NCBI GenBank assembly: GCA_963751275.1
Contig: CAVVTZ010000009.1
Location: 608,001 to 672,000, forward strand
Direction of reading: 5' to 3'
Source: an uncultured Gemmatimonadaceae bacterium
Lineage (GTDB): Bacteria; Gemmatimonadota; Gemmatimonadetes; Gemmatimonadales; Gemmatimonadaceae
Length of the DNA stretch: 64,000 nt
Shown in pieces: positions 11,798-23,475 of the stretch. Numbering within the stretch: the first letter of the stretch is position 1; each line of letters begins with the position of its first letter. The notes under the pieces are model-generated. The model was not told where the DNA came from. It was given only the letters and a program-made list of their open reading frames with translations, and made no database searches. Made by a program: the position numbers and the translations under genes.

Positions 11798-13204
11798 CTA
11801 CGCATCGGTCATTCGCCCCATGGAATCCAAGGCGGCCTGCGCCACCGATTCCGCCAGGGTCGGATGCGCGTGGATCGCCAGCTCGATCTCCTCGACCGTG
11901 TACTCGTTGGCGCGCGCCACCGCCAGCTCGTGGATCAGCTCGGTGGCGTGCGCGCCGCGATGTGCGCCCCGAGGATCTCGCCGTACTTCTGCTCGCGGAT
12001 GATCTTCACGAAGCCCTCGGTCTCGCCCGCCGTGCGCGCGCGCCCGTTGGCGCTGAACGGGAACCGGCCCACCTCGTACTCGAGCCCCTGCTCCTTGCAG
12101 CGCTCCTCGGTCAGCCCGATGCGTCGCCACCTCGGGGTGGCAGTACGTGGCGCCCGGAACGTTCCCGTAGTCTATCGGATGCGGCTTCTGGCCCGCGATC
12201 GCTTCGGCCGCGACCACGCCCTCGCGGCTCCCCTTGTGCGCCAGCATCGGCGGCCCGGCCACGTCGCCGATCGCGTAGACGCCCTGCGCGGTGGTCTGCA
12301 TCGCGCCATCGACCTTGATGAAGCCGCGGTCGGTGAGCTTCACGCCCGCCTCCTCGAGGCCGATATTCTCGATGTTCGGCGCGCGTCCCGTGGCCACGAG
12401 CACCTTCTCCACCGTGACCGTCGCTTCTTCTCCGCGCGCGTCGAGCGCGATGGTCACGCCGTCCTTGCCCACCTCGACGCTCGCGACCTGCGCGCCGGTG
12501 ATGACGTCGATTTCCGCTTGCTTGAAAGCCTTGGCGAGGACGTCCGTCACCTCGGCGTCCTCGACCGGCAGGATCGCGGCAGCGACCTCGATCAGCGTCA
12601 CCTGGGTGCCGAACGCGTTGAAGACGTCGGCGAACTCGCAGCCCACGGCGCCGGCGCCGACGACCGCCAGGGTCTTCGGCGCGCTTCTCGGGCACGAGCG
12701 CCTCGTCGCTCGAGATCATCGTCGTCTTGTTGAGCGCGAGCCCGATCTGCGGCAGCCCCTTGCACGCGCGAGCCGGTGGCGATCACGACCGCCTTGCCGG
12801 CGTCGTGCTTCACCGTCTGCCGTCGGCGGTCTTCACCGCGACCGACTTCCCGCCGGCGAGCGTCGCGGTGCCCTTGATCCAGGTGATCTTGTTCTTCTTG
12901 AAGAGGAACTCGACGCCCTTGGAGTTCTGCCGGCTCACGGCGCGCGAGCGCTTCATCGCGACGCCGTAGTCGGTGGTCGATTTCGCCGACGGTGATGCCG
13001 AGGTCCTGCGCGTGCTTCGGAGCCGATTGGCCAGGTAGGCGCTGTCGAGCAGCGCCTTGGCGGGAATGCAGCCCCAGAGGACGCAGATGCCGCCCAGGCC
13101 TTCCTTCTCGACCACGCCGACGGTCAGCCCGAGCTGCGCGGCGCGGATGGCACCGACGTAGCCGGCGGGCCCGCCGCCGATGAAGATCACGTCGAAGTCG
13201 CCAT
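11798..13204 (-). CDS. lpdA: Dihydrolipoyl dehydrogenase (E3), frameshifted
   Basis: [20 protein letters not shown] redox motif, [12 protein letters not shown]. Confidence 0.92.
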
Positions 13205-13221
13205 GGGAGATCCCGGACGGA

Positions 13222-14531
13222 TCAGTGTGGTTCGTAGACCAGCATGAGCGGGTTCTCCAGCAGGCGCCGCAGCGTCTGCAGGAACTGGGCGCCGGTGGCG
13301 CCGTCGATCGACGCGGTGGTCGCAGCTCATCGTGACGCGCAGCGCGGCGCACGGCGACCGCGCCATCGACCACGACCGGGGGCTCGCCACCGCGCCGACC
13401 GCCAGGATCGCCGGTCTCCGGCGGATTGATGATCGCGGTGAACTCGTCGATCTCGAACATGCCGAGGTTGGAGACGGAGAAGGTCGCTCCGGTGTACTCC
13501 TCGGGCGTGAGCTTGCGCTCGCGCGCGCGCTCGGCCGAGGGTCGCGCGACTCCGCGGCGATCTCCCGCAGGCCCTTCTGGTCGGCGTCGAAGATGACCGG
13601 CGTGATGAGTCCGTCCTCGACCGCGACCGCCATGCCGACGTGGACGCGTTGAAGTAGCGGATCTGGTCGCCCAGCCAATGCGGCGTTGACGTCGGGGTGC
13701 TGGCGCAGCGCCATGGCCACCGCCTTCACGATGAGGTCGTTGAACGAGACCTTGAACTCGTCGCCGAGCCCGGCCATGGCGGCGCGCGCCTCCGCGACGC
13801 GCTCGATGTCGATCTCGGCGGTGAGGTAGAAGTGCGGGACGGGGCCGATGCGATTCGGCGAGGCGCCGGGCGATCGTCTTCCGGATCTGGCGTGAGCGGC
13901 ACGTCCTGAAACCCGACGCCTGGGGAGGCACGGCGCGGGCGGACTGGACGGCTGTCGCTCTGCGACCGTCGTGTGCCTGCGGATTCGATGTCGCGCTGCG
14001 ACGATGCCGGCCGCTCCAGGTCGCGCTTGACCACGCGCCCGCGAGCCGATGCCGGACGATGCGCAGGTCACCCGCGCTCGGCGGCGAGACGGCGGGCCAG
14101 CGGCGAGAACTCCGGAGGCGGGACGACGCGGGTGTCGGAGCGGCGGGTGCAGCGGGCGCCGAGGGCGCCGCTGCCGCTGTTGGGCGGCGCGACGACAGCC
14201 GGAGCGGGAGTCGCCGGCGGGAGATGGGACGTCGTGCCGCCGGCGCCGGCGGCCTCGGCGCCCGCCAGCGATCGCGTCGATGTTCTCGTCCGGCGGTGCC
14301 GACCACCGCGAGGAGATGCGCCCACCGGACGCGTCGTCGCCCTCGGCGGCGATGATCTTGCGCAGCACGCCGTCGCCGCGCGCGACCAGCTCCATCACCG
14401 CCTTGTCCGTCTCGACCTCGGCGAGCACGTCGCCCTGTCGCGACCGTGTCGCCCTCCTTCTTCGTCCACTTCACGAGGCGCCCTTCTTCCATCGTCGGCG
14501 ACAGCGCTTCCATCACGACCTTCGTGGCCAT
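13222..14531 (-). CDS. pdhC: Pyruvate dehydrogenase E2, dihydrolipoamide acetyltransferase, frameshifted
   Basis: [16 protein letters not shown] lipoyl site, SNLGMF, AIINPP, MSCDHR. Confidence 0.9.
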
Positions 14532-14548
14532 GGCTAGCTCCCGCCGAC

Positions 14549-15533
14549 TCAGACGTAGAGCACGCGTTTGCACGGCCGCGACGGTCTTCGCGGCGTCCGG
14601 CTTCGCGGCCCTCTCGAGATTCTTCGCGTAGGGCATCGGGACGTCGGCCTGATGCACGCGGACCACCGGCGCGTCGAGATCGTCGAAGCATTCGCGCTGG
14701 ATGACAGTCCACGATCTGCGCGCCGATGCCGGCGATCTCCCACCCTTCCTCGAGCACCACGGCGCGGTTGGTCTTCCGCACCGACGCCGCGATCGTCGGC
14801 GACGTCCAGCGGCCGCAGGGTGCGCAGGTCCACCACCTCGGCGCTGATGCCCGTCCTTCGCGAGCGCGTCGGCGGCCTGCAGCGCCACGAGCACCATCTT
14901 GCCGTAGGTGATCAAGCGAACAATGATCGCCCGCGCGCTTGACTTGCGCCTTGCCGATCGGGATCGTGAGTCGCCGTCGGGCACCTCGCCCTTCGTGTTG
15001 TAGAGCATCTCGCCCTCGAGCACGATCACCGGGTTGTCGTCGCGGATCGCGGTCTTGAGCAGTCCCTTCGCGTCGGCCGGCGTGCCCGGCGTGACCACCT
15101 TGAGGCCCGGGATGTGCGCGAACCAGCTCTCCAACGCCTGCGAGTGCTGCGCCGCGAGCTGCAGCGCGGCGCCGTTCGGGCCGCGGAACACGATGGGGAT
15201 GTTGAACTGGCCGCCGCGACATGTAGAGCATCTTCGCGGCGGTGTTCACGATCTGGTCGAGCGCGAGCAGCGCGAAGTTCCAGGTCATGAACTCGATCAC
15301 CGGCCGCAGGCCCACCATCGCCGCGCCGACGCCGACGCCGGCGAAGCCGAGCTCGGTGATCGGCGTGTCCACCACGCGCATCGTCGCCGAACTCCTCGAG
15401 CAGGCCCTTGCTGACCTTGTACGCGCCCTGGTAGTCCGCCGACCTCCTCGCCCATGAGGAAGACGCGGTCGTCGCGCTGCATCTCTTCGCGCAGCGCCTG
15501 ATTGAGCGCGTCGCGGTAGGTGATGACCGCCAT
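14549..15533 (-). CDS. pdhB: Pyruvate dehydrogenase E1 beta subunit, frameshifted
   Basis: [41 protein letters not shown]. Confidence 0.92.
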
Positions 15534-15536
15534 CGT

Positions 15537-16566
15537 TCAGCCCGCCACGGGTGTCGCGGCGCCGCTGTCGCTGGTGGTGTCCACCGTGATGTCCTCGAAG
15601 AGCGCCTCGAGCGGCGGCTCGGGGCTCTCGTCGGCGAACTGCCACGCGTCCTCGCACACGGCCTTCAGCTCCTCGTCCATCTTCGCGTAGTCGGCGTCGG
15701 ACCACTCGCCGTTCTCCTGCATCTCGGCCTTGAGCACCATGATCGGATCGCGCTGCATTTCGCGGTCCAGCTCTTCCTTCGTGCGGTACGTGCCGCTCGA
15801 CCGCGTCGGACATCGAGTGTCCCATGAAGCGGTAGGTCTGGATCTCGAGCAGCGTGGGCGTGTTCTCGCGGCGCGCGCGCTCCACGGCGCGCATCGCCGC
15901 CTCGCGCACGGCCAGGACGTCCTGTCCGTCCACCACTTCCTCGGGCATGTCGTACGAGTGCGCGCGCGTGGAGATGTCCACCACCGCGCTGGCGCGCTCG
16001 AGCGCCGTGCCCATGCCGTAGCGGTTGTTCTCGATCACGAAGATCACGGGCAGCTTCCAGAGCGCGGCCATGTTCAGCGCTTCGTGGAACGCGCCGTTGT
16101 TCACCGCCGCCTCGCCGAAGAAGCAGACGCACACCTGATCGCCGCCGCGGTACTTGATCGCGAAGCCGACGCCGGTCGCGAGCGGGATGTGGCCGCCGAC
16201 GATCCCGTGGCCGCCCAGGAAGTTCACGTTGCGGTCGAAGAGGTGCATCGAGCCGCCCTTGCCGCCGGAGCAGCCATCGGCGCGGCCGAACAGCTCCGCC
16301 ATGATCGCGCGCGGCGGGATCCCCTTCGCCAGCGCCTGGCCGTGTTCGCGATAGCTGGCGATCACGTAGTCGTCCTGACGGAGCGCGGAGATGACGCCGG
16401 CGCCTACGCCTTCCTGACCGATGTAGAGATGGCAGAATCCGCCGATCTTGCCGAGCGCGTACGCCTCCCCGACGCGCTCTTCGAAGCGGCGCATGAGAGT
16501 CATTTCGCGGAGCAACGCGCGGCGGAGGGGGGCGGCATCGGCCGCTTCGTTCTTCTTTTTCGCCAT
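15537..16566 (-). CDS. pdhA: Pyruvate dehydrogenase E1 alpha subunit, frameshifted
   Basis: [37 protein letters not shown]. Confidence 0.93.
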
Positions 16567-16600
16567 GTGTGTGCAGTGTGGACCGTAGCGACAGCCGCGG

Positions 16601-17510
16601 CTAAACGCCCGCGGCTTGCACCTGCTCCCAGGCGTGATAGCTGGACCGGACGAGCGGGGCCGATTCAACGTGGCGGAATCCCATCGCCATGCCGGCATCG
16701 TGCAGCGCGCGGAACTCGTCGGGCGTGTAGTAGCGGTCGAGCGGGAGGTGGTTCTCCGAGGGGCGGAGGTACTGTCCGAGCGTGAGGATATCCACGTCCA
16801 CCTTGCGCAGGTCGCGCATGACGGCGAGCACCTCTTCCACCGTCTCCCCCATGCCGAGGATCATGCCGGTCTTCGTCGGCACATCGGGCGCGATGCGCTT
16901 GGCGAGCGCGAAGATCTCCATGACGCGCTCGTAGCGGCCGCCGGGACGGCACTTCTTGTAGAGCCGCGGCACGGTTTCGGTGTTGTGATTGTAGATGTCC
17001 GGACGCGCCTCGAGCACGGTGCGGATCGACGCCTCGATTCCCCTGGAAATCGGGGACGAGCACCTCGACCGAACACGTCGGCAGCTTGGCGCGGATCTGC
17101 CGGATCGTCTCGGCGAAGATGAATGCGCCGAAGTCGGGGAGATCGTCGCGGTCCACCGAGGTGATGACCGCGTGCTGCAGCTGCATCTCGGCGATCGCGG
17201 CGGCGACGCGCGCCGGCTCACCGATGTCGTACTTGGGCGGACGGCCGTGAGCGACCGCGCAGTAGGCGCAGTTCCGCGTGCAGACGTCGCCGAGGATCAT
17301 GAAGGACGCGGTGCCATGCTCCCAGCACTCGCCCACGTTGGGGCAGTGGGCTTCTTCGCAGACCGTGTGCAGGTCGAGATCGCGCATGAGATGGCGCAGG
17401 CGCGAATAGTTGGGACCGCCGGGCGCTCGCACTTTCAGCCAGGATGGCTTCCGCTCGGGGAGCGGATCGGCGCGGTGGCGCCCCATGATCTGATAGAGGG
17501 GCTCAGACAT
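16601..17510 (-). CDS. lipA: Lipoyl synthase (frameshift near 17040)
   Basis: [20 protein letters not shown] radical-SAM motif, VRSSYHA. Confidence 0.95.
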
Positions 17511-17591
17511 GAACTGATTGTAAAGCGTGGGTGGACAAACTGCTAGCTCTAGTAACCGCTAAACACATTATTGACGGTTAGCGAAACGACG

Positions 17592-18681
17592 TTAGCCGTT
17601 AGAACTGGTCTTGAAGCGGGCCACCGCGAATGGGGATAGGTCGTATGGCGGCTCCTCGCCGCAAGCGAGGGCGGCGACGCAGTCGCCAGTGAGTGGGCGC
17701 CATGAGGACGCCGTTCCGGGAATGGCCGACGGCATAGATCAGGGCCGGGCGTTCGGGGTCGGGGCCGATGATCGGTGCCATGTCGGGCGACATGGGGCGC
17801 AGGCCGCTCCAATGGCGCAGCGTGGGCGCGGCGCCGAGGGCGGGGCTGAGGCCCGAGGCGACAGCGTGCAGATGCTCGGCGCCGTCCTTGGTGGTGGAAT
17901 TGTCGAAGCCGGTATGCTCGGCGGTGGATCCGACGAACGTCGTGCCGCCGGCGCGCGGCACGATGTACCCGTGACCGGAGAAGGCGACGTGACGGGTGGG
18001 GGAGCCGGCCAGCTCGAGCATCTGGCCGCGGACTGGTTCCACCGGGATCGGCCGGGGGAGGCCGGCGAGAGCGGAGGTCCAGGCTCCGGTGGCCACCACG
18101 ATGGCACTGCCGGTATAGTGGCGCCCTCCTGCGCAGCGCACTGTCGGCTCTTCGGCACCGGCCTCCACCGCGACGGCGGCGTCGTTCACCACCGTGATCG
18201 ATGACGCCCGTGCGACGTATTCGCGCAGCGCGCGGACGAGTGCCGCGTTGTCGACGGCGCCGTCGAACTCATGGAGGAGTGCGCCATGAGCCGGCGCCAA
18301 TGCGGGCTCGAGGGCGCGAAGTTGCGCGGCGTCGAGCCACTTCGCATCGGGAGCACGATCCTTCAGCAGGGCGGCTGCGGCTTCGGATGAGCCGGCGAGT
18401 TGGAGGATCCCATTCCGGTCGAGCGCGATCGGTGTACCGGTCTCGCGCTGGACCCAATCGAGGAAGGTGACGTAGCGGTCCCGAGCCGCGATCGCGAAGT
18501 CGTGCGCGGCGCCCGTACTCCCCTCCACTCCGGGCGCGAGCATGCCCGCCGCCGCCGGCGAGGCTTCCCCCTCGCGGATCTGGCCGATCAGTGTCACTCT
18601 TACTCCGCGCCCGGCGAGCGCTGCCGCGCAGGAGAGCGCGACGAGACCGTAGCCAAGAACGACCACGCGGTCATCGTTCAT
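17592..18681 (-). CDS. FAD-dependent oxidoreductase, glycine oxidase ThiO/DAO family (frameshift near the 3' end)
   Basis: VLGYGLVA, ASPAAAGML, PVRGQ, WSGLRP, GHSRNGVL. Confidence 0.85.
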
Positions 18682-18809
18682 CGCGGGCCGGCAAGGCTGA
18701 AACACTGCGGGGCGCTGGCTCGTAGATATGTACGAACCACTGAACGAGCCTTACCGAAGGCCGATGACCGACGGTCGATGGCCTGTCCATAAATGCGGAG
18801 AGTGACCCC

Positions 18810-19028
18810 ATGTTTCGCACTGTGATGGCAACCGGCGTGATGGCGATCCTCGGGATCTTCGCGCTCAAGTTCATCTTCGGCATCTTCGGCGGCCTGGTCG
18901 GGCTGTTCCTCATGCTGTTCTTCCTGGCCGTGAAGATCGCGATCATCGGCGCCATCGTGTACGTCGCGCTGCGCATCTTCATGCCCGCCACCGCCGACAA
19001 GATCAAGGAGAAGGCGACCGGCGCGTGA
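18810..19028 (+). CDS. Small membrane protein
   Basis: 72 aa, hydrophobic, GGAGAG RBS. Confidence 0.7.
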   Translation: MFRTVMATGVMAILGIFALKFIFGIFGGLVGLFLMLFFLAVKIAIIGAIVYVALRIFMPATADKIKEKATGA

Positions 19029-19081
19029 AGCCGTTGTAGCTGCTGTCTCAACAGTCGACAGTCTACAGTCGACGTCTGCCG

Positions 19082-20032
19082 TCAGCCGTTCATCGCCTCA
19101 ACGACCGCCCACGCCAGCATCGGCACCATGATCTCGTGGTGCCCCGTGATCTCGTAGCCGCGCCCGCCTCCCATCGTCGGGCGCTGCACGACATTCACCC
19201 GCGGCCGATAGTGGCGGGTCATGTCCATGTCGCAGGCCGTGAAATTCACCGGCTTCCCCGCATGCAGATTCCGCGCGATCGTGAGCGCCTTGAGGAAGAC
19301 CTCGGGCATGATCACCGCGCTCCCGAGATTCAGCACGACGCCGCCGTCCTGCAGCGACGGAAGGCTCGCCGCGAGGCGCCGGAAGTCGCGGTGGCTCGTG
19401 TCGCCGATCGCCGCGCCGCTCGCCGCCGGATGCTGGTGGATGATCTCCGCGCCGATCGCCGCATGAATGGTGCAAGGCACTCCCATCTTCCGCGCGCCGA
19501 GCAGCAGCGAGAGCTCGGGATGCGCGAGCTGCTTCTCCCCCTCGAGCGCGCGCGCCAGCGACTCGCCCATTCCCCAGCTCTCCTTCAGGCCGCGGATGAT
19601 CGCCTCGTTCATGCCGCGCCCAGTCTCCTCGGCCATGCCGAAGGTGCCGTCGCGCAGCCCTTCGGCCACGTTCTCCGACGTGCCGCCGAAGCGCGCGATC
19701 TCGTAGTCGTGAATGGCCGCCGAGCCGTTCATCGCGAGGTGCGTGATCACCCCGCGGCGCATGAGGTCGAGCAGCACGGGCGCGAGGCCGGTCTTCACCA
19801 CGTGGCCGCCGGTCATCACCACCACGCCGCGCTTGCCGGCGGCGGCCGCGATGTCCGTGGCGACGGCGAGCAGATCGCGCGCGACCAGCGCATCGGGGAG
19901 CGCCTTGAGGAAGGCCTTGAACGACCGGTCGTTCCCCGGCGGCGACGCGAATTCCTCGGCGCGCACCTTGTTGGGGCGGACGGCGATCGGCACCGTCTTG
20001 ATCTTCGAGAGATCCGCTTCCTGGTCGGCCAT
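19082..20032 (-). CDS. Deoxyhypusine-synthase-like conserved protein
   Basis: GGHVVKTGL, IHDYE, FGMAEETG, GSAVIMPEVFLKA, GHHEIM motifs. Confidence 0.65.
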   Translation of the reverse strand: MADQEADLSKIKTVPIAVRPNKVRAEEFASPPGNDRSFKAFLKALPDALVARDLLAVATDIAAAAGKRGVVVMTGGHVVKTGLAPVLLDLMRRGVITHLAMNGSAAIHDYEIARFGGTSENVAEGLRDGTFGMAEETGRGMNEAIIRGLKESWGMGESLARALEGEKQLAHPELSLLLGARKMGVPCTIHAAIGAEIIHQHPAASGAAIGDTSHRDFRRLAASLPSLQDGGVVLNLGSAVIMPEVFLKALTIARNLHAGKPVNFTACDMDMTRHYRPRVNVVQRPTMGGGRGYEITGHHEIMVPMLAWAVVEAMNG

Positions 20033-20841
20033 CAGGGCTTGGCGGTGCTGTCGGCCGCGTGCGGTCCGGCCGGCGTGTACTTCTTCAGGTAGAGGTTCAG
20101 CGATTTCAGGATCGGCACCTTCGTCTTCACTTTCATTTGCACGAGGATGTGGCGCGGATCATCGCTCAGCCACATGAGCGCTTCGCCGCCCTCGGAGAAC
20201 AAGCCGTTCGACTTGATGATCGGCTGGATGACGATCGTGGGAAAGGTGCCGGCGTCCACCTTCACCGTGTCGCGCCGCAGGACCTTCACGATCACCGGAT
20301 TCCGGTCGGCAATGAAGTACCGATGGAACTCGTAGGTCTTGCCGACCTCGAGGGGCACGGTGCGCACGAAGTAGAAGAACGCGCCGTCATCCAGCGGATC
20401 GGCGACGCTCGGCTGCTCGGGTTGTCCCTCCTGCTGGTAGACCGAGCGCTCGGGATAGAACTGGTAGTCGCGCACGCGGTGGTAGTTCACTTCGTTGATG
20501 TGCTGCACGAACGCGTACGACACCATCGAATACGGATCGAAGTGGCTCTCGAGCTGGTCGTTCACCTTGAACCAGAGGATGCCGCCTTTGGTCAGGAACA
20601 CCGAGTGCATCGTACGGTGCCCGCGGACGGAATCCCAGCCGGCGATCTCCATCGACGCCTTGCCCACGCCAATGCCGCCGAGGCTGACGTCATATTCGAG
20701 TTTCTCGCCGACACCGAATGGCAGGTCGGCGATGACGGCGGTGCCCTGCGCCAGCGAGTCCTGCGCCGCCGCGCCGCGTGATGCCGCGGCGAGGAGCGCG
20801 AGCGCGAGCGCTGCGCGGCGCGGGCCGCGCGCGCGGATCAC
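20032..20841 (-). CDS. Exported DUF3108-like protein
   Basis: Signal peptide, PFGVGEKLEY, V.AGTF, W.SDD..H motifs. Confidence 0.75.
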   Translation of the reverse strand: MIRARGPRRAALALALLAAASRGAAAQDSLAQGTAVIADLPFGVGEKLEYDVSLGGIGVGKASMEIAGWDSVRGHRTMHSVFLTKGGILWFKVNDQLESHFDPYSMVSYAFVQHINEVNYHRVRDYQFYPERSVYQQEGQPEQPSVADPLDDGAFFYFVRTVPLEVGKTYEFHRYFIADRNPVIVKVLRRDTVKVDAGTFPTIVIQPIIKSNGLFSEGGEALMWLSDDPRHILVQMKVKTKVPILKSLNLYLKKYTPAGPHAADSTAKP

Positions 20842-21578
20842 GAGGGCCGCGGGGTGCGGCGTGCGCGCGCGAAGCGGACCAGCTCGAGCGCGGACTTCCA
20901 CGCCCGCACCCGGGTGCCGCGCTGGCGCAGGTCGTACCGCGGCGCACCGAGGGACACGGTCTCGACGCGTCGCGCGAGCGGCGCGAACTGCGCGAGGAGT
21001 TCGGCGTTCGCGGCCCACCCCGGCGCGGTCGCGAGCGGCTCGGCGCCCGCGCGCTTGATCGCCTCGCGCGCGACGGCCACGCGCACGAGGCGCATCGTGC
21101 CGAGCGGATCGTGCACGCCGGCCGTGCGGCTGACGGGACGCAGCAGCCAGAGGGCGAGACGGCGCAGCCGCTGGACGGGCACGGGTGCGCCCGATGGCGC
21201 GGCGGCCTCGCCCACGACGAGATCCGCGCCGCCATCGAAGGGGCGGAAGAGCTCGGGCAGCTGCTCGGGGAGATCGGTGAGATCGGCCTGCATGAACAGG
21301 AGCGCGTCGCGGCGCGGATAGCGCGTGCGCGCCGCAGCGGCGCGCACCAGCGCGTCGAGCGCGGCGGGATAGCCTTTGCGCTCGGCGTGGCGGATGACCG
21401 TGAGCGGCATGACACGCGCGTATTGCTTGAGCGTCTCGGCGGTGGCGTCGGTGCTGCCATCGTCGAGCACGACCACTTCGTACTCGCGCGGCTCCGCCTC
21501 GAACAGCTTGCGCAGGCGCCAGAGGACGATGCCGATCGTGGGGCCTTCGTCGAACGATGGTATGCAGATCGTCAGCAT
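20838..21578 (-). CDS. Glycosyltransferase family 2
   Basis: ICIPSFDE, LDDGSTDAT, QAD. Confidence 0.85.
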   Translation of the reverse strand: MLTICIPSFDEGPTIGIVLWRLRKLFEAEPREYEVVVLDDGSTDATAETLKQYARVMPLTVIRHAERKGYPAALDALVRAAAARTRYPRRDALLFMQADLTDLPEQLPELFRPFDGGADLVVGEAAAPSGAPVPVQRLRRLALWLLRPVSRTAGVHDPLGTMRLVRVAVAREAIKRAGAEPLATAPGWAANAELLAQFAPLARRVETVSLGAPRYDLRQRGTRVRAWKSALELVRFARARRTPRPS

Positions 21579-21699
21579 GTGAGGAAGATGACCGGGGCAT
21601 GCGTGGAAGGCAAACATTCACTACCGCTTGCCGTGCGGCGGCGCGCGGCGTAGGGTGAGTGCGCCGCATCGTCTTGTACCCCTCAGTTGGGAGCATTCC

Positions 21700-23277
21700 G
21701 TGGATCGTCGCCTGATGGCCGCCTGCTGCGCCGCTGCCATGCTCGCCTGCTCGCCCGCGTCGCCGGCGCGGGATCTCGCGCCCGCGCCCGCGCCGCGGCC
21801 GGTGGCGGCGCGCGAGCGGATCACGGAAGCCGATCTCCAGCGCGATCTCTCGATCTTCGCCGACGATTCGTTCCGAGGGAGGAAGGCGGGCACGCCCGAC
21901 GCGGTGCGTGCGGCGCGATTTCTGGCGGCGCAGGCCGCGGCGATCGGCCTCGAGCCGGCGGGCGACAGCGGCACCTTCCTGCAGCGCGTGCCGTTGGTCC
22001 GAGAATACCTGGGACGCGCGTCGCGCGTGACGATCACGGGCGCGAGCGGCACCGTGCGCCTGGCGATCGGGCCGCGGCTGCTGCCGGTGCTTTCCTTGGG
22101 CGAGGATGTGCCCGCACCAAAGCTCGATGCCGAGGGGGATCTGCTGTTCGGCGGCTACGGATTGGCGGCCGACCTGGCCGGGCGCAGCGTGTCGGGGAAG
22201 GTGGTGGTGTTCGTGATGGGCACGCCGCCGGGGCTGGATCCGAAGCAGCGCGCCGCGATGCTGCGCGAGCATCCGCTGGGCGAGCGGCTCGCGTCGCTGA
22301 TCGAGCGCGGGCCCGCGGGGATCATCGTGGTGGTGTCGGGGCCGATGGCCGAGCGCATGCCGGCGGCCGCCGTGGAGCTGAGCGACACGTCGGTGCAGCT
22401 GGGCGACGGCGCGGCGCCGCCGGTGCGCACGCTGCCGCTGGTCCTGCAGGCGGACCAGCGCGGCGCCACGGCGCTGCTCCCGAAGGGCTGGCCGCTGGCG
22501 GGCGCCCCCACCAGGGAGCGGCGGCATTTCAGCGCGCACATCGATCTCGTGCGCACCGCGGTGCCCGCGTACAACGTGGTGGCGATCCGCCGTGGCGGCG
22601 ACGCGGCGTTCCGGAACACGTATGTGGCGTTCGGGGCGCATCTGGATCATATCGGCATCCTGCCGCCGGAGGACGGCGACTCGATCGCGAATGGCGCCGA
22701 CGATGACGGCACCGGGAGCGTGGCGCTGCTCGCCATCGCGCGCGCGGCGGTGGCGCAAACGCCCGCGCCCCGGCGGTCGATGCTTTTCGTGTGGCATACG
22801 GGCGAGGAGCTCGGCTTGTATGGCTCGGAGTGGTTCACCTCGCATCCCACCGTGCCGATCGACTCGATCGTCGCGCAGCTCAACGCCGACATGATCGGGC
22901 GCAACAGCCGGAATTCGCTCTATCTGGTGGGGCCGTACGCGGCGCCGAACCACCAGAGCGCGGTGCTCGGCGCGATCGCGGACTCCGTGAACGAGACGCT
23001 GAAGGAGCCGTTCACGATCGATCGCGAGTGGGACTCACCCACGCACCCGGAACAGATCTACTACCGCAGCGATCACTACAACTACGCGAAGAACGGCGTG
23101 CCCGTGGTGTTCTTCACGACGGGGCTGCATGAGGATTACCACAAGGTAAGTGACGAGGTCGGGAAGATCGAGTTCGGCAAATTGGCGCGAGTCGCGGCGT
23201 ACATCTTCGATGTGGGGCTGGCAGTGGCGGATCGGAGCGCTCGACCGTTTCCGGTGACCGCTCATTCGGCTCCCTGA
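21700..23277 (+). CDS. M28 family metallopeptidase, probable lipoprotein
   Basis: GAHLDH, GADDDGTG, GEELGL, NADMIG, RSDHY, YH. Confidence 0.9.
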   Translation: MDRRLMAACCAAAMLACSPASPARDLAPAPAPRPVAARERITEADLQRDLSIFADDSFRGRKAGTPDAVRAARFLAAQAAAIGLEPAGDSGTFLQRVPLVREYLGRASRVTITGASGTVRLAIGPRLLPVLSLGEDVPAPKLDAEGDLLFGGYGLAADLAGRSVSGKVVVFVMGTPPGLDPKQRAAMLREHPLGERLASLIERGPAGIIVVVSGPMAERMPAAAVELSDTSVQLGDGAAPPVRTLPLVLQADQRGATALLPKGWPLAGAPTRERRHFSAHIDLVRTAVPAYNVVAIRRGGDAAFRNTYVAFGAHLDHIGILPPEDGDSIANGADDDGTGSVALLAIARAAVAQTPAPRRSMLFVWHTGEELGLYGSEWFTSHPTVPIDSIVAQLNADMIGRNSRNSLYLVGPYAAPNHQSAVLGAIADSVNETLKEPFTIDREWDSPTHPEQIYYRSDHYNYAKNGVPVVFFTTGLHEDYHKVSDEVGKIEFGKLARVAAYIFDVGLAVADRSARPFPVTAHSAP

Positions 23278-23290
23278 TCACTCGAAATAG

Positions 23291-23366
23291 GGGAAACGGG
23301 AAACGGGAAACGGGAGCGAGTGGTTTCTAGTGACTACACGCTCCCGTTTCCCGTTTCCCGTATCCC
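23291..23366. repeat. Hairpin built from (GGGAAAC)n heptamers and their inverse
   Basis: GGGAAACGGGAAACGGGAAACGGGAGCG ... CGCTCCCGTTTCCCGTTTCCCGTATCCC. Confidence 0.85.
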
Positions 23367-23475
23367 TGACGTAACGAAGCCTGGCGTGTGTGGTGTATCA
23401 CAACAGACGCGAGCAGCCGGGGAATCGCGTTGCAGTGGCAACCAGTGAGTCGTCGCCCGTGTAACGGAGGGCTCC

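Noticed and set aside
8400..17510. Dense frameshifts in the sulfatase, lipB, lpdA, pdhABC and lipA (also gcvP, tdk, hypF, herA) read as pseudogenes or programmed frameshifts
   Set aside because: The indels hit many housekeeping genes while motifs and codon bias stay intact and no clear nonsense decay is seen. This is typical of uncorrected long-read consensus errors.
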